The notes beneath the pieces are model-generated. The model was not told the DNA's origin. It saw only the letters and a list, made by a program, of their open reading frames with translations, and ran no database searches. Shown piece after piece: positions 12,456-23,600 of a stretch of 64,000 nt of DNA (positions are counted from its first letter, which is position 1; each line of letters starts with the position of its first letter). The position numbers and the translations under genes were made by a program. Origin of the DNA: Mobula hypostoma (Eukaryota); contig NC_086109.1 of NCBI RefSeq assembly GCF_963921235.1, positions 9,798,001 through 9,862,000 of the forward strand. Reading direction: 5' to 3'.

Positions 12456-13392
12456 CCTATTAATATGGGAATGATATTTAAGGTACTAGAGGTAAATTTC
12501 TTAGGAAGAATTAACGTGGAAGAGGAAAGCAAATTGGATTTGAAACCACTTAAAGGAGAGGTCAGAGAAATTGCAAGCAGAGGCTTGTACTCGGGGTAAA
12601 GTGTTTTAATGCACAGAAAGGCTCTAAACGGTTCCTTATGAGTCACTTTCTGAATTCCAAGAAATGTTGATACTGTAAATAGAACCTACACATGAAGCAT
12701 GGCAAAGGAAGAAGTAAATATACTGAAAAATATTGATGTATTTACTTAACGTACAACAGCAGTATAATTGTTTAATACAGTTTATGTAATAATAGAGACG
12801 TCTGTAGTAAAGGGCATGGTTAGCAAACCTGAGGCTTAGCCACTCCCATTAAGAAGGGGAAGAACTAAATCTTTGCATAGTGTTCATAATTGACTGAAAA
12901 AAACTAATTCCTTATTTTGTTCTATTTCCTAGCCTTCCAGAACGTTTGGGGTCAATAGGAAATATAAGATAATGGATACAGATTTGATTTAGCAAACGGT
13001 GCAACATTAACACAGCAAATGTACCTCTGCGTGATCCAATGAGATCATCGGCACACATTGTGTCTTGGTAAGAATGTGCTTGTCTGAGAGAATCAACTGT
13101 GAAGTTGACAAAAGTCTCCACCAATTTTCAATTCGCCCAGTCGACAGGCAATGGAAATAAAGTAGTGAGTATTAATTATTAACAAATAACAACCTGAAGT
13201 GACATTTATAGGAGGTTATTAACCAACAGCTGAGGGCATGGGAACAAAGGTCATGATGTAAATAAAAATCAATTAATGGATTCACAGAATGATGGAATTA
13301 TATAGGCCCTTTATCCCAACTCATCCATGACAGCCATGATGTCTACCTGTGCTAGTCCCATTTTCCTGCACTTGGCCCATAACTCTCTAAAC

Positions 13393-13471
13393 TAGGAGTT
13401 CCCAACCTTTTCTATGCCATGGACCCCTACCATTAACCGAGGGGTCCATGGGCCCCAGTTGAGAACCCCTG
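13393..13471. mobile_element. hAT-type MITE
   Basis: TIRs (TAGGAGTTCCCAAC / GTTGAGAACCCCTG) and a perfect 8-bp TSD CTCTAAAC (13385-13392 and 13472-13479). Confidence 0.9.
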
Positions 13472-13519
13472 CTCTAAACCTTTTCTGTCCATTAATTTGT
13501 CTAAATGCCTTTTTAAAAA

Positions 13520-14240
13520 TTGAGAAAACTATAGAGAGGGTGCAGAGGAGATTGACGAGGATGCCACCTGGATTAGAGAGCATGTTTTTTAAGTGGGCTA
13601 GGACTTTTTGGAAAAGTATGAAGTGATTCAATTTGGAAGATTGAAATTGAAGGCAGAATACAGGGTTAACAGCAAGGTTCTAGTGTGGATGAACAGAAGG
13701 ATTTTGGGGTCCACATCCATAGATTCCTCAAAATAACAGCACAAGTTGATAGGGTAGCTAAGAGGGAGTATGGTGTGTTGGCCTTCATTAGACAGGAGCT
13801 ACAACGTAATCTTGAAGCTCTACAAAACTCTGGTTAGTTCACACTTGGAGGAAGGATCTGGAAGCTTCAGAGAAGGTGCTGAGGAGATTTACCAGGATGC
13901 TGCCTGGATTAGAGAGCACGCCTTGCAACAATAGGCTGAATAAGATAGGGCTTTCCTCTTTAGATCAAAAGAGGAACAGAGATAACTTGACAGAGGTTTA
14001 CAAGAAGATAAAAAGCATACACTGAATGGTTAGCCAGAGACTTTTTCCCACGTTGAAAATGACTAATTTGAGAGGGAATAACTTTAAGGTGATTGAAGGA
14101 AAGTATAGGACGGGATGTCAGAGTTAGGTTTTTTGTACACAGAGAGTGGTGGATGCGTGAAATGCCCTGCCAGTGTTAGTGGTAGAGGCAGATACATTAG
14201 GGACATTAAAGCAGCTTTTAGATAAGCACATGGACATCAA
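13520..14240 (+). mobile_element. Degraded CR1 LINE RT/3' region
   Basis: ERVQRRLTRMPPGLE, QVDRVAKR.YGVLAFI and FFTQRV..AWNALP remnants. Confidence 0.8.
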
Positions 14241-15150
14241 AAATATACATTTATAATTTTCTAGACCTTTTTTATCTTTGACTGTATCACCTCTACAGTA
14301 TGTGCATGTTCTTCATTCACTACACATTTTGTAATTTTAAATTGAGTATGAATGTCTTCGCCATTGGTAACTGGACTCGAGAGTAGACTCCATGTCAAAG
14401 CTGGATGCATAGATTTTTGAACTGGTTACCCCCGCTTAGCAGTGGTCCATTACACCAGACATCTAACTCCTTGTTTATTACCCAGTACAATGTACTCCCA
14501 CCAGAAACACCTGTTGGCTCTCAGTTAAGTCTATTAAAATTATAAAAAGACATAAAGATGTAATTGAAACATTTAGACAATAACTTATTGTTTTACCCGA
14601 TCTGGCATCCAACCATCTGTCAGTTGACATACGAGGAGAATCTTAGACTATTGGCATGAGTTATTTGTACATGCTTTGTTTCCTGTTTCTTCTTAGTTTG
14701 CTCTTATATGTTGCACCAAATGTTTTCATTATTACTCACAGGAAGTGGATGCAGTGGAAATGCCTGTATTTATCGCCCAACCCTGATGTCCTGAGGTGAG
14801 GGGACAGATTGGAGAAAACCAAATTCAGTCACAAGTAGACTGGACCAGATAAGGAAAGTAAATTCACTCCGTGATGGATATTAGATTTCAATTCAATCAC
14901 AGTGTTTTATTTATTTATCACATGTACATCGGAATATACACTGAAATACATCGTTTGCGCTAATAACCAGTACAACCAAACGATGTGCTGGGGGCAGCCC
15001 GCAAGTGTCGCCAGACATTCCCGTGCCAACATAGCATGCCCACAATGTTCAGCAGAAATCGATATCCATTATATTATTATTATTAGCAGAAATTCAGTAG
15101 GATATTAGCTAGAGAGATGGAATTTTATAAACAGCCTGATAGTTTGATAG

Positions 15151-15941
15151 TACTGGACAACAAAGAACAAAGATGTTGCTTCCTGAATACTTTCAGGCAT
15201 ACCTAATGGACTTTGGGCTGCTAACCATGAAAATCGCCATGAAATTTCTATATCATGCACCAATTATTTGAAATCATCTATATTTGTTACTTTAAATCAT
15301 AATTCAAGTCAGACTAACTGATACCTACGGAAGACATTTTTGTTGGCCCATAAATCCAACAGGACATCAATTACAGGCAATTCGAAGAACTTCTAGTGGG
15401 ACCGGAGAAAGTTGCATGGAAGGCATTTAAGGATGTTGTTGAAAGTTTTGGTGGCAACTACAGAGCACCAAACTACATGCAGCTGGTTGACAACATGTTT
15501 CAAGCACACAAAACCATGAAGTGCAACATTTCACTAAGGATTCATTTTCTGCCTTTTCTGCAAATTTTGGTGTTGTCAGTGACAAGCATGGTGAAAGGTT
15601 TCACCAGAACATTGAGGTCATGGAGAAATGGTATCAGGGCAACTGGAATCCATCAATACTGGCTGATTATTATTGGAAACTGAAGCGAGAAACTTCAGAA
15701 ACAGAGTACAAATGAAAATCATCAAAACATTTTTAGCTTACTTGAACAATTGCAAAGCATTGGCACCATTATGCAATTAAACACATTATATTCAATAAAA
15801 GTTAAGTTCTTGTTTCTCCAAATTCCTACAGGATACAAACAGTCTGAAAACATATTTGGGTATAGCTTCAAGCGGTCTATCATAACCAAAAAAAAAAATT
15901 CTGAGAAAGCAACACTTTCAGAAAAAAATTCGTGTCCAATG
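15151..15941 (+). mobile_element. Chapaev3 (CMC superfamily) DNA transposon deletion derivative
   Basis: Frameshifted transposase C-terminus EKVAWKAFKDVVESF.GNYRAPNY..LVDNM / VSDKHGERFHQNIEVMEKWYQGNWNPSILADY. Imperfect TIRs (T)ACTGGACA... / ...GTGTCCAATG. Confidence 0.85.
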
Positions 15942-16194
15942 CAGTTGCCATGAAGGGACTAGGTTTTTTTTTCCCAAAATCCAAATTTAGTTGAAATTCT
16001 CCAATCACTATGATGGGACTTGAACTCACCCCTGATTCGCAGGGTTTCAGTATTAATTCCAGTAATTTAATCACAAAGTTGCACTTGGAGAGCTCCGACC
16101 TCGTAGTTCCAGACATTCCATTCAATCCTGTTCCTCCAGCACTTTCTGTGTGGATTTGCACATTATCTTTGTGATCATATGCCTTTCATTTTAT

Positions 16195-16435
16195 TTCAAT
16201 TTAGAGACACAGCACAGGTCCTGGCCCGTGAGTCTGCGCCGTCTAATCACACCCCTGTGACCAATTATCCGACTAACCTGTACCTCTTTGGAATGTGAGA
16301 AGAAACCAGAGCACCTGGAGGAAACCCATGTGGTCACAGGGACAACGTACAAACTCTTTACAGACAGTGGTGGGAATTGAACCTGGGTCACTGGTGCTGT
16401 AATAGCATTACACTAATGGCTATGTTACCGTTTCC
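16195..16435 (-). mobile_element. V-SINE/HE1-like SINE
   Basis: B box GGTTCAATTCC on the minus strand and the core shared with the SINEs at 7.4 kb and 36.1 kb. Confidence 0.75.
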
Positions 16436-16544
16436 ATCAGATGCTTTATCCTCCCATTTGCTCAATAAATATGAGTTTGTACTTAATTAACCACTATAAA
16501 TTCCGCCCAGTCTGTGGACTCTGTGGGGTGGGGAAATTATTGAG

Positions 16545-17075
16545 AATATAGCGGCTATCTTTCATTAGGAGTTTCAGAGATCTGGTTTTTCCACTAAAAC
16601 ACTCAAAAACTTCCACAAATGTACCATGGAGAGCATTCTGACTGGCTGCATCACCATACGATATTGGGGGGGGGGGCCTTCTGTACAAGATCAACATAAG
16701 TTGCAGCAGCTTGTAAAATTAGTCAGCTCCATCACGGGTACTAGCCTCCACAGTATCTACCAGCAAGAACATGCCGTCGGGAAGGACACATAGAAGCCCG
16801 AAGGCACACAGTCAGTGATTCAGGAACAGCTTCTTCCCCGCTGCCATCCGATTTCTAAATAGACGTTGAACCCATGAACACTACCTCACTACTTCTTATT
16901 TCTGTTTTTTTTGCACCACTCATTTGAACTTAACTATTTAATAGACATATCTACTTAATGCAACTCAGTTTTCTTTCTCGGTATTTATTTATCATGTATT
17001 TTATTGTACTGCTGCCATTAAGTTAACAAATTTCACACCATATGCCAGTGATACTAAATCTGATTCTGATTCTGA
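16545..17075 (+). mobile_element. Rex1/Babar LINE 3' fragment
   Basis: LKNFHKCTMESILTGCIT remnant and an (ATTCTG)n tail. Confidence 0.75.
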
Positions 17076-17493
17076 TATTGGAAGGTTACAGAAATGGGAT
17101 CATTGTAAACGGCATTTGATGTTCAGTGTAGGCATAGTGGACAAGTGGACCTGTTTCTGTTCCACCTGACTCTGTAACTCCTTACAGTATCCTGATACAG
17201 ATGGACTTTGTAACTATATTATACTGAAGGTCTCTGGTGATGATCTTCCTCACGAGTGCAACATCTCAGGCTTGTGACCTAGTCTGGACTTTTCAAGCTT
17301 TCAGAGAATCAGAGCTATACAGCAAGGAACAAAACCCCTCAGTCAAACACATCCATGCTGAATACAATACAAAATAAACAAATCTCATTTGCCTAGGTTC
17401 CTATCCAAGTTCAAGGCTATTGTCATTCAACTGTGCACATGTATATAGCTAAACGTAACAATGTTTCTCAGGGACCAAGGTGCAAAATACAGT

Positions 17494-17945
17494 TCCAAAA
17501 CTTTTCTATGGATGGCTTCCAGACCGTTCGGGCTGACCGGAAGTGCACTGAGAGCAGTAAGTGTAAAGGAGTTGGGGGCTTGCTGTTCTGGTTAACAACG
17601 GATGGTGCAATCCTGGTCATATTACGATCGAGGAACGTGTTTGTAGACCGGATATTGAACTTTTTGCTGTTGGACTCCGGCCATATTCCACCGAGATACA
17701 ACACTGGGCGTCATGGGAGGTTGTTCCTGCCTGTGGCCATCGAACTTTGCAGCTCCTCCCATGGAGGGTCAGACACCCTGAGCCAATAGGCTGGTCCTAG
17801 ACTTATTTCCATCTGGCATAGTTTGCATATTGTTTGATTGTTTGTGGTTTTTGTATTGCTATATTTATGCTCTATTCTTGGTTGGTGAGGCTGTAACGAA
17901 ACCCAATTTCCCTCTGGATCAATAAAGTATATCTATCTATCTATC
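17494..17945 (+). mobile_element. Internally deleted Rex1/L2-group LINE derivative, copy 2
   Basis: Same APE-to-3' junction as 11069-11545. (TATC)n tail. TSD TACAGT at 17488-17493 and 17946-17951, inside an antisense Rex copy. Confidence 0.85.
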
Positions 17946-19034
17946 TACAGTACATATATCACATGCAACACATAAAATGATATCAACATAATAATAGTAA
18001 CAGATAAAAAAGTATCCTGTAGATGTGCAAGTGGAAATAAAGTGTGTGTATGACGTATAGCTAAATATTCAACATTATAATGCTACTGGTGTTATCATAA
18101 ATAACGTGTACTAGGTGGTAGCAGGATGTTTAGGAGTCTCTCAGCCTAGGGGAAAAAGCTGTTATTCCACCCAACAGTCCTTGTTCTTAATCTGTGGTAC
18201 CTTCTGCCTGACGGTAGGACGTCAAAGAGATTATGGGATGGTTGGGAGGGGTTCCTGACAATGCTGAGGTATCTGAAAATGCAGCATTTCTATTTATCCA
18301 TATGCTCATCCAAATGTCTTTATTCAACTAACATATCAACTCATTCCTCTGGCCATTAGTTCTAAATATGCACTGTCCTCTGTGTGAAGAGGTTACCCCC
18401 AGTACTTTTTAAATCTTTCCTTAAACCTAGGCCCTCTAGTTCTTCATTCACACTGTCCATGCCCCTCATGATATTATGCAGCTCTGTACGATCATCCCTC
18501 AGACTACTACATTCCAAGGAATGAAGCCCTAACCTCTCCAACTCCCTATAACTCAGGCATTTGAGTCCTGAGAACACTCATGCAAAACTTCCTTGCACTC
18601 TTTGGTATCTTTCCTATAACAGAGTAACCAAAACTGTACACAGTTGAAAAAGTATCAGAATCGAGTTTAATACCACTGACATACCTTATGCCCTGAAATG
18701 TGTTGTTTTGTGGCAGCAGTACAGTGCAATACATTAAAATACTATAAATTATAATAAGAAATATATAGCTCCACACTGTAAGTTGCCTAGCGTGTACTGT
18801 TAATAACATGACTCAGTAAAAACATTTAATCAAACTACTTCATTGTCCGTGGGTGGCAGGTTGGAGATACGTTTCTACCAAAGGAGGTGCAAGGTGCTTC
18901 CTCCCTTTGCTAGCCAGCAGGTCATCCCTGAGCAAGGTGCAGCACCAGCTTAACTCCCTGATCAGGGTCACGTGAAGCCATGGGAGCAGGTGGTGGACAG
19001 TCGTATGAGCAGCTGGTACATATCACAGGCCAAC

Positions 19035-21640
19035 TCAAGACTAATACCTGTGGCACACCACTAGGCACGGGCCTCCAGTCAGAGAAACAACCATTTACTA
19101 GCACTCTCTGCTTCTCCTGCGAAGCCAATATCTAATCCAATTTACTACCTCATCTTGAATGCCAAGCTACTGAACCTTCTTGACCAAGCCCCCATGCAGG
19201 ACCTTGTCAAAGACCTTGCTAAAGTCCATGTTGATAACGTCTATTGCCTTTCCTTCATCAACTTTTCTGCTAACCTCCTCGAAAAATTCTATAAGATTGG
19301 TTAGACACAACCTACCACATACAAAGCCATGTTGACTATCTCTAATCTGTCCTTGCCTGTACTACTACTTATATATTTGGTCCCTTAGAATACCTTCCAA
19401 TAACTTACCTGCTACTGCTGTCCGGATCACTGGCCTATAATTTCTTGGCTTATTCTTAGAGCCTTTCTTAAACAACAGATCACCATTCACTTTATGGCCC
19501 ATCTAGTTGCGATGCCACTATCAAGGAATTATGGATCTGTGTTCCCCTATACCGTTGTTCTGGCAGACACCTCAGTTCCCTACATTTCAATGTGCAAGTC
19601 CTACCCTGGTTGGTCCTAAGTTCAACACCTCACACTTGTCTGCATTAGATTCCATCTGCTAGTTTTCAGCCCATTTTGCTATTGGTCCAGACCAAGGTGC
19701 AAGATTTGATAGCCTTCCTCATTGTCCACTATGCCCCCAATCTTGCTGTCATCTGCAAATTTGATGATCCAGTTTACCATATTATCATTGATATAGATGA
19801 CAAATGACAACAGGCCAAGCATCAATCCCTGCAGCACATCACTAGTCACAGGCCTTCAGTCAGATCGATAGAATCTCCTTCCACCTGCTGGCTTTTCTCA
19901 CTCAGCCGAAGTTGAATTCAATTGACTACTTCGTCCTGAATGGCAAGCGACTTCACTATCTGTTCCAAACTCACATTTGAACTTTTCAAAGGCCTCGCTA
20001 AAATCTGTGTAGACAACATACACTGCCTTTTTTTCATCAACTTGCCTCGTAACTTCCTCAAAGAACTCATTAAGATTGGATAGACATGACCAACCATGCA
20101 CAAAGCCATGTTGACTAACCCTAATCAAATTTCTCTATCCCCATACTTATCCTGTTTCTTAGAATATCTTCCACCCACAAATGACATTAGTGTCACTGGC
20201 TTATTCTTAGAGGCTTTCTTGAACAATGGAACACCATTAGATATCTTCAGTCCTTCGGTACCTCACTGTGGCTAAGGACGTTTTTAATACAGTATCTATG
20301 CCAGGGCCCCTGCAATTTCTGCACTAGGCTTCTGCAAGGTTTGAAATTTAACTTTGCCAGGCCCCGTGGATTAATCCACCCTAATTTGCCTCAAGACAGC
20401 AAGTACCTCCTCTTCTGTAATCCAGATATGGTCCATGACCTCACTACTCTTTTGCCTCAGTTCTGTAGATTCTTAGTTCTGTGTCCATCTTCCGAGTAAA
20501 TACAAATGCAAAAAAAAATCCATTTATGATTTCCACCATCTCTTTCAACCCCACACATAGATGACGACATAGATCTTCAAGAGGGCCATTTTGTCCCATG
20601 CTATCCTTTTGCAGCTAATGTATCTATAGAAGCCCTTGCTATTATCTTTCACCTTGTCTGCCAGAGTGTGGGCACGTGGCCAAGTGGTTAAGGCATTGGA
20701 CTAGTGACCTGAAGGTTGTGAGTTCGAACCCCAGCCGAGGGAACGTGCTGTGTCCTTGAGCAAGGCACTTAATCACACATAGCTCTGTGACGACACTGGT
20801 GCCAAGCTGTATGGGTCCTAATGCCCTTCCCTTGGACAACATTGGTGTTGTGGAGAGGGGAGACTTGCAGCATGGGCAACTTCTGGTCTTCATACAATCT
20901 TGGAGAGTGAAGACTTTCCAGGCGCAGATCCATGGTCCCGCAAGACTAACGGATGCCTTTATTTCTTATGTCTGCCAGACAACACTCACATTCTGTTTTA
21001 GCCCTCCTGATTTCCCTCCTAAGTGTTCTCTTGCTTTTTTATATTGCTCAAGCATTTCATTTGATCTTAACTGCTTCTACCTGATGTGCACCTCATTTTT
21101 CCACTTCTTAGCCACGGCTTCAACATCACTTAAAAACTGAGGTTCCCTGTTCCAGTTAGAATAAATATCATAGCTAATGCATTAACTTTGTATTTTGTTT
21201 CAGTAGGAACATACAATTTTTGTACTCTTCAGTATGTCAGCTTTGAAGACCTCCCACTTAGCAAGCATTCCTTTGCCAGAAAACAACCTATCACAACCAC
21301 ACCTGCCAGGACTTTTCTGATGCCATCAAAAATGGCCTTTCTCCACTGTAGAATCTTAAATCAAAGACCAGTCCTGTACTTCACCATATTTATCTTGAAA
21401 ATATGGAGTTATGATCATTAAATCAAAAGTGCTCCCTACACACTCTTCTGTCGCCTGCCTTGTCTCATTCTCTAAGAGAAGATCCAGTTTTACACTATCT
21501 CTAGTTGGGACCTCTACATATTGATTAAGGTAGCTTTCACATTTGCCGAACTCTATCCCATCCAGTCTTTTTACAGTATGGAAAGTCCCAGTCAATATGC
21601 AGAATGTTGATATTGTCAGCTATTGCAACTTTCCTGCATC
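19035..21640 (-). mobile_element. Degraded CR1 LINE ORF2 (APE/RT), rearranged
   Basis: SQHGFVHG.SCLSNLNEFFEEVT...VVYTDFSEAF (19898-20128), KQRVLVNGCFSDWRPV.SGVPQ, and the APE motif LNQYVEVPTRDSVKLDLLL (21356-21595). Confidence 0.85.
20666..20968 (+). mobile_element. tRNA-derived SINE
   Basis: Head GGCACGTGGCCAAGTGGTTAAGGC...GTTCGAACCCC. 11-bp TSD TGTCTGCCAGA at 20655-20665 and 20969-20979. Closely similar to 3435-3749. Confidence 0.9.
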
Positions 21641-22399
21641 TCTCTACAAAAGACAATAATAAACCAATTACCTTTCGGAATGGTCAGAAGACCTAAATCT
21701 AAGGAACATAGAGCCCTTGGACCCCTGCAGAAAGGAAGAAGGTTACAAAGACAAAGGTGGTGAGGACCATGGCAAGATCTGAAGAAAGCAGAGCCTGCTT
21801 AACCAAGAGCCCATGGATAAAGGATTATAATCAAGAATTTCCCTCAAATGTTATTATTTTCTTTCAAGAGCACATGATTAAAACTCTGATGCTTAACTCA
21901 GCTCATTCTGGTTCAGAACACAGTAAATAGTAGGTGGAGGATTTGATGGGTTATTTTTAATGGAACAGTAGTGATCTCTTGATCTAAAGTGGCTATCAAC
22001 TTTCATTTAAGGAGTATATAATTATGATAAAATTACACACTCTAATGTTACTGGTGTGTGAAATTTAATAAACTTGGATTAATGGACTGAAATAGATTGC
22101 AGGTTCTCTGTGGGTTTGTATGTCATGACGACAGGAGTTCAGAGAAGGAAGCCAGCAGTTAAAGTTTAACTCCACCCTGTTTGCGTCTCTGCATTGATAA
22201 CTTCTCTAGTATTTGCTTCAGCTCAAAGTCTGATTTAAAACTTCATTAAAAAAATCTTGAATTTTCAAGTTCAAATTCAAGTTTATTGTGACAACCAGAC
22301 TCAGGGAGCAAATGATGTGAAAGCTCACTTTTTGCAGCAACACAGACATGAAATAACCTTAAATTAACACTCATCATACATGGCCTACATAACAAATGC

Positions 22400-23600
22400 T
22401 TCATAGAGCACTACAGCACAGTTACAGGCCCTTCGGTCCATCTAATCCATGCTGGCCTGATCTTCTGCCTTGATCTGCCCACCTGCAACTGGACCACATC
22501 CACGCATCCTCTATGCCTTTCTCATCCACGTACCTATTAAAAACTTAGATGTAGCAGTTGAAACCACATCTGCCACTTCCGCTGGCAGCTATGTTGGCAC
22601 CAGAATGTGTGGTGAGACTTGCAGGCTGTCCCCAGCACATCTCTGAATGTGTTGGTTGTTAATGCAAGCAATGCATTTCACTGTATGTTTCAGTGTACAT
22701 GTGATAAATAAATCAATCTGACTCTGAACTCACACCACCCTGAGTGAAGAAGTTCCCCCTCAGATTCCCCTTAATTACTTCACATTTCACTCTAAATCTA
22801 TGACCTCCAGTCAGGGAAAAAACCTGCATGCATGAACCCTACCTATCGCTTCATAATTTTGTGTACCTCATTCTCCTGCGCTTCAGGGAATAAAATCCTA
22901 ACCCATTCAATCTTCCTCTATAACTCGGGCCCTAGCAACATACTTGTAAATTTTGTCTCCACTCACTCAAGCTTATAATATCTTTCCTGCAGTTAGGTGA
23001 CCAGAACTCCATAGGCACTAGAGATTCTGCAATAGACACTAGACACTAGAGGTCCTGATGAAGGGTCTCAGCCTAAAACACTGATTCTTTATCTCCCTCC
23101 CAAGATGCTGCCTGACCTGTTGGGTTCCTCCAGCATTTTGTGTGTTACACAATACTCCATATTCGACTTTACCAATATCTTATACAACTCGAACATAACA
23201 TTGTAACTCCTGTAGTCATTACCCTGATTTATGAAGGTCAATGTGCCAAAAGCTGTCTTTATGACCCTATCTACCTGTGATGTTACTTTCAAGGAATTAC
23301 GGATCTATATTCCTAGGTCCCTTTGTTCTATCACACACCTCAGTGCCCAACCAGTCAGTGCGTAAGTCCAACCCTAGTTTGTCCTCTCAAAGTGCAACAC
23401 CTCCCACTTGTCTGCATTAAATTCTATCTGGCATTTTTCAGCCCATTTTCCCAGCTGGTCCAGATGACTTTGCAAGCTTTGATAGCTTTTCTCGCTGCCA
23501 ACTACATCCCCAGATCTTGGTGTAATCTATAAATTTGCTGATAGTCTTTACCACATTATCATCTACATCATTAATATAAAGGATCAACAACAACAGCTCC
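22400..23600 (-). mobile_element. Degraded CR1 3' half with nested Penelope pLTR fragment (~23050-23145)
   Basis: KVTSQVDRVIKTAFGTLTFINQG...LYKILVK (23089-23292). The nested piece contains CCTGATGAAGGGTCTCAGCC. Confidence 0.75.

Noticed and set aside
12933..13067. + strand exon with good acceptor (TTTCCTAG) and donor (TTG|GTAAGA)
   Set aside because: Stops in all three frames. It could only be a non-coding exon and there is no further support.
14742..14795. Short exon candidate (TCACAG|G ... GAG|GTGAGG)
   Set aside because: No recognisable peptide, and part of it resembles a degraded retroposon end.
20668..20740. tRNA gene (also ~3680-3748, 7520-7590, 32810-32865)
   Set aside because: A/B boxes are present, but they continue into SINE bodies with tails and TSDs.
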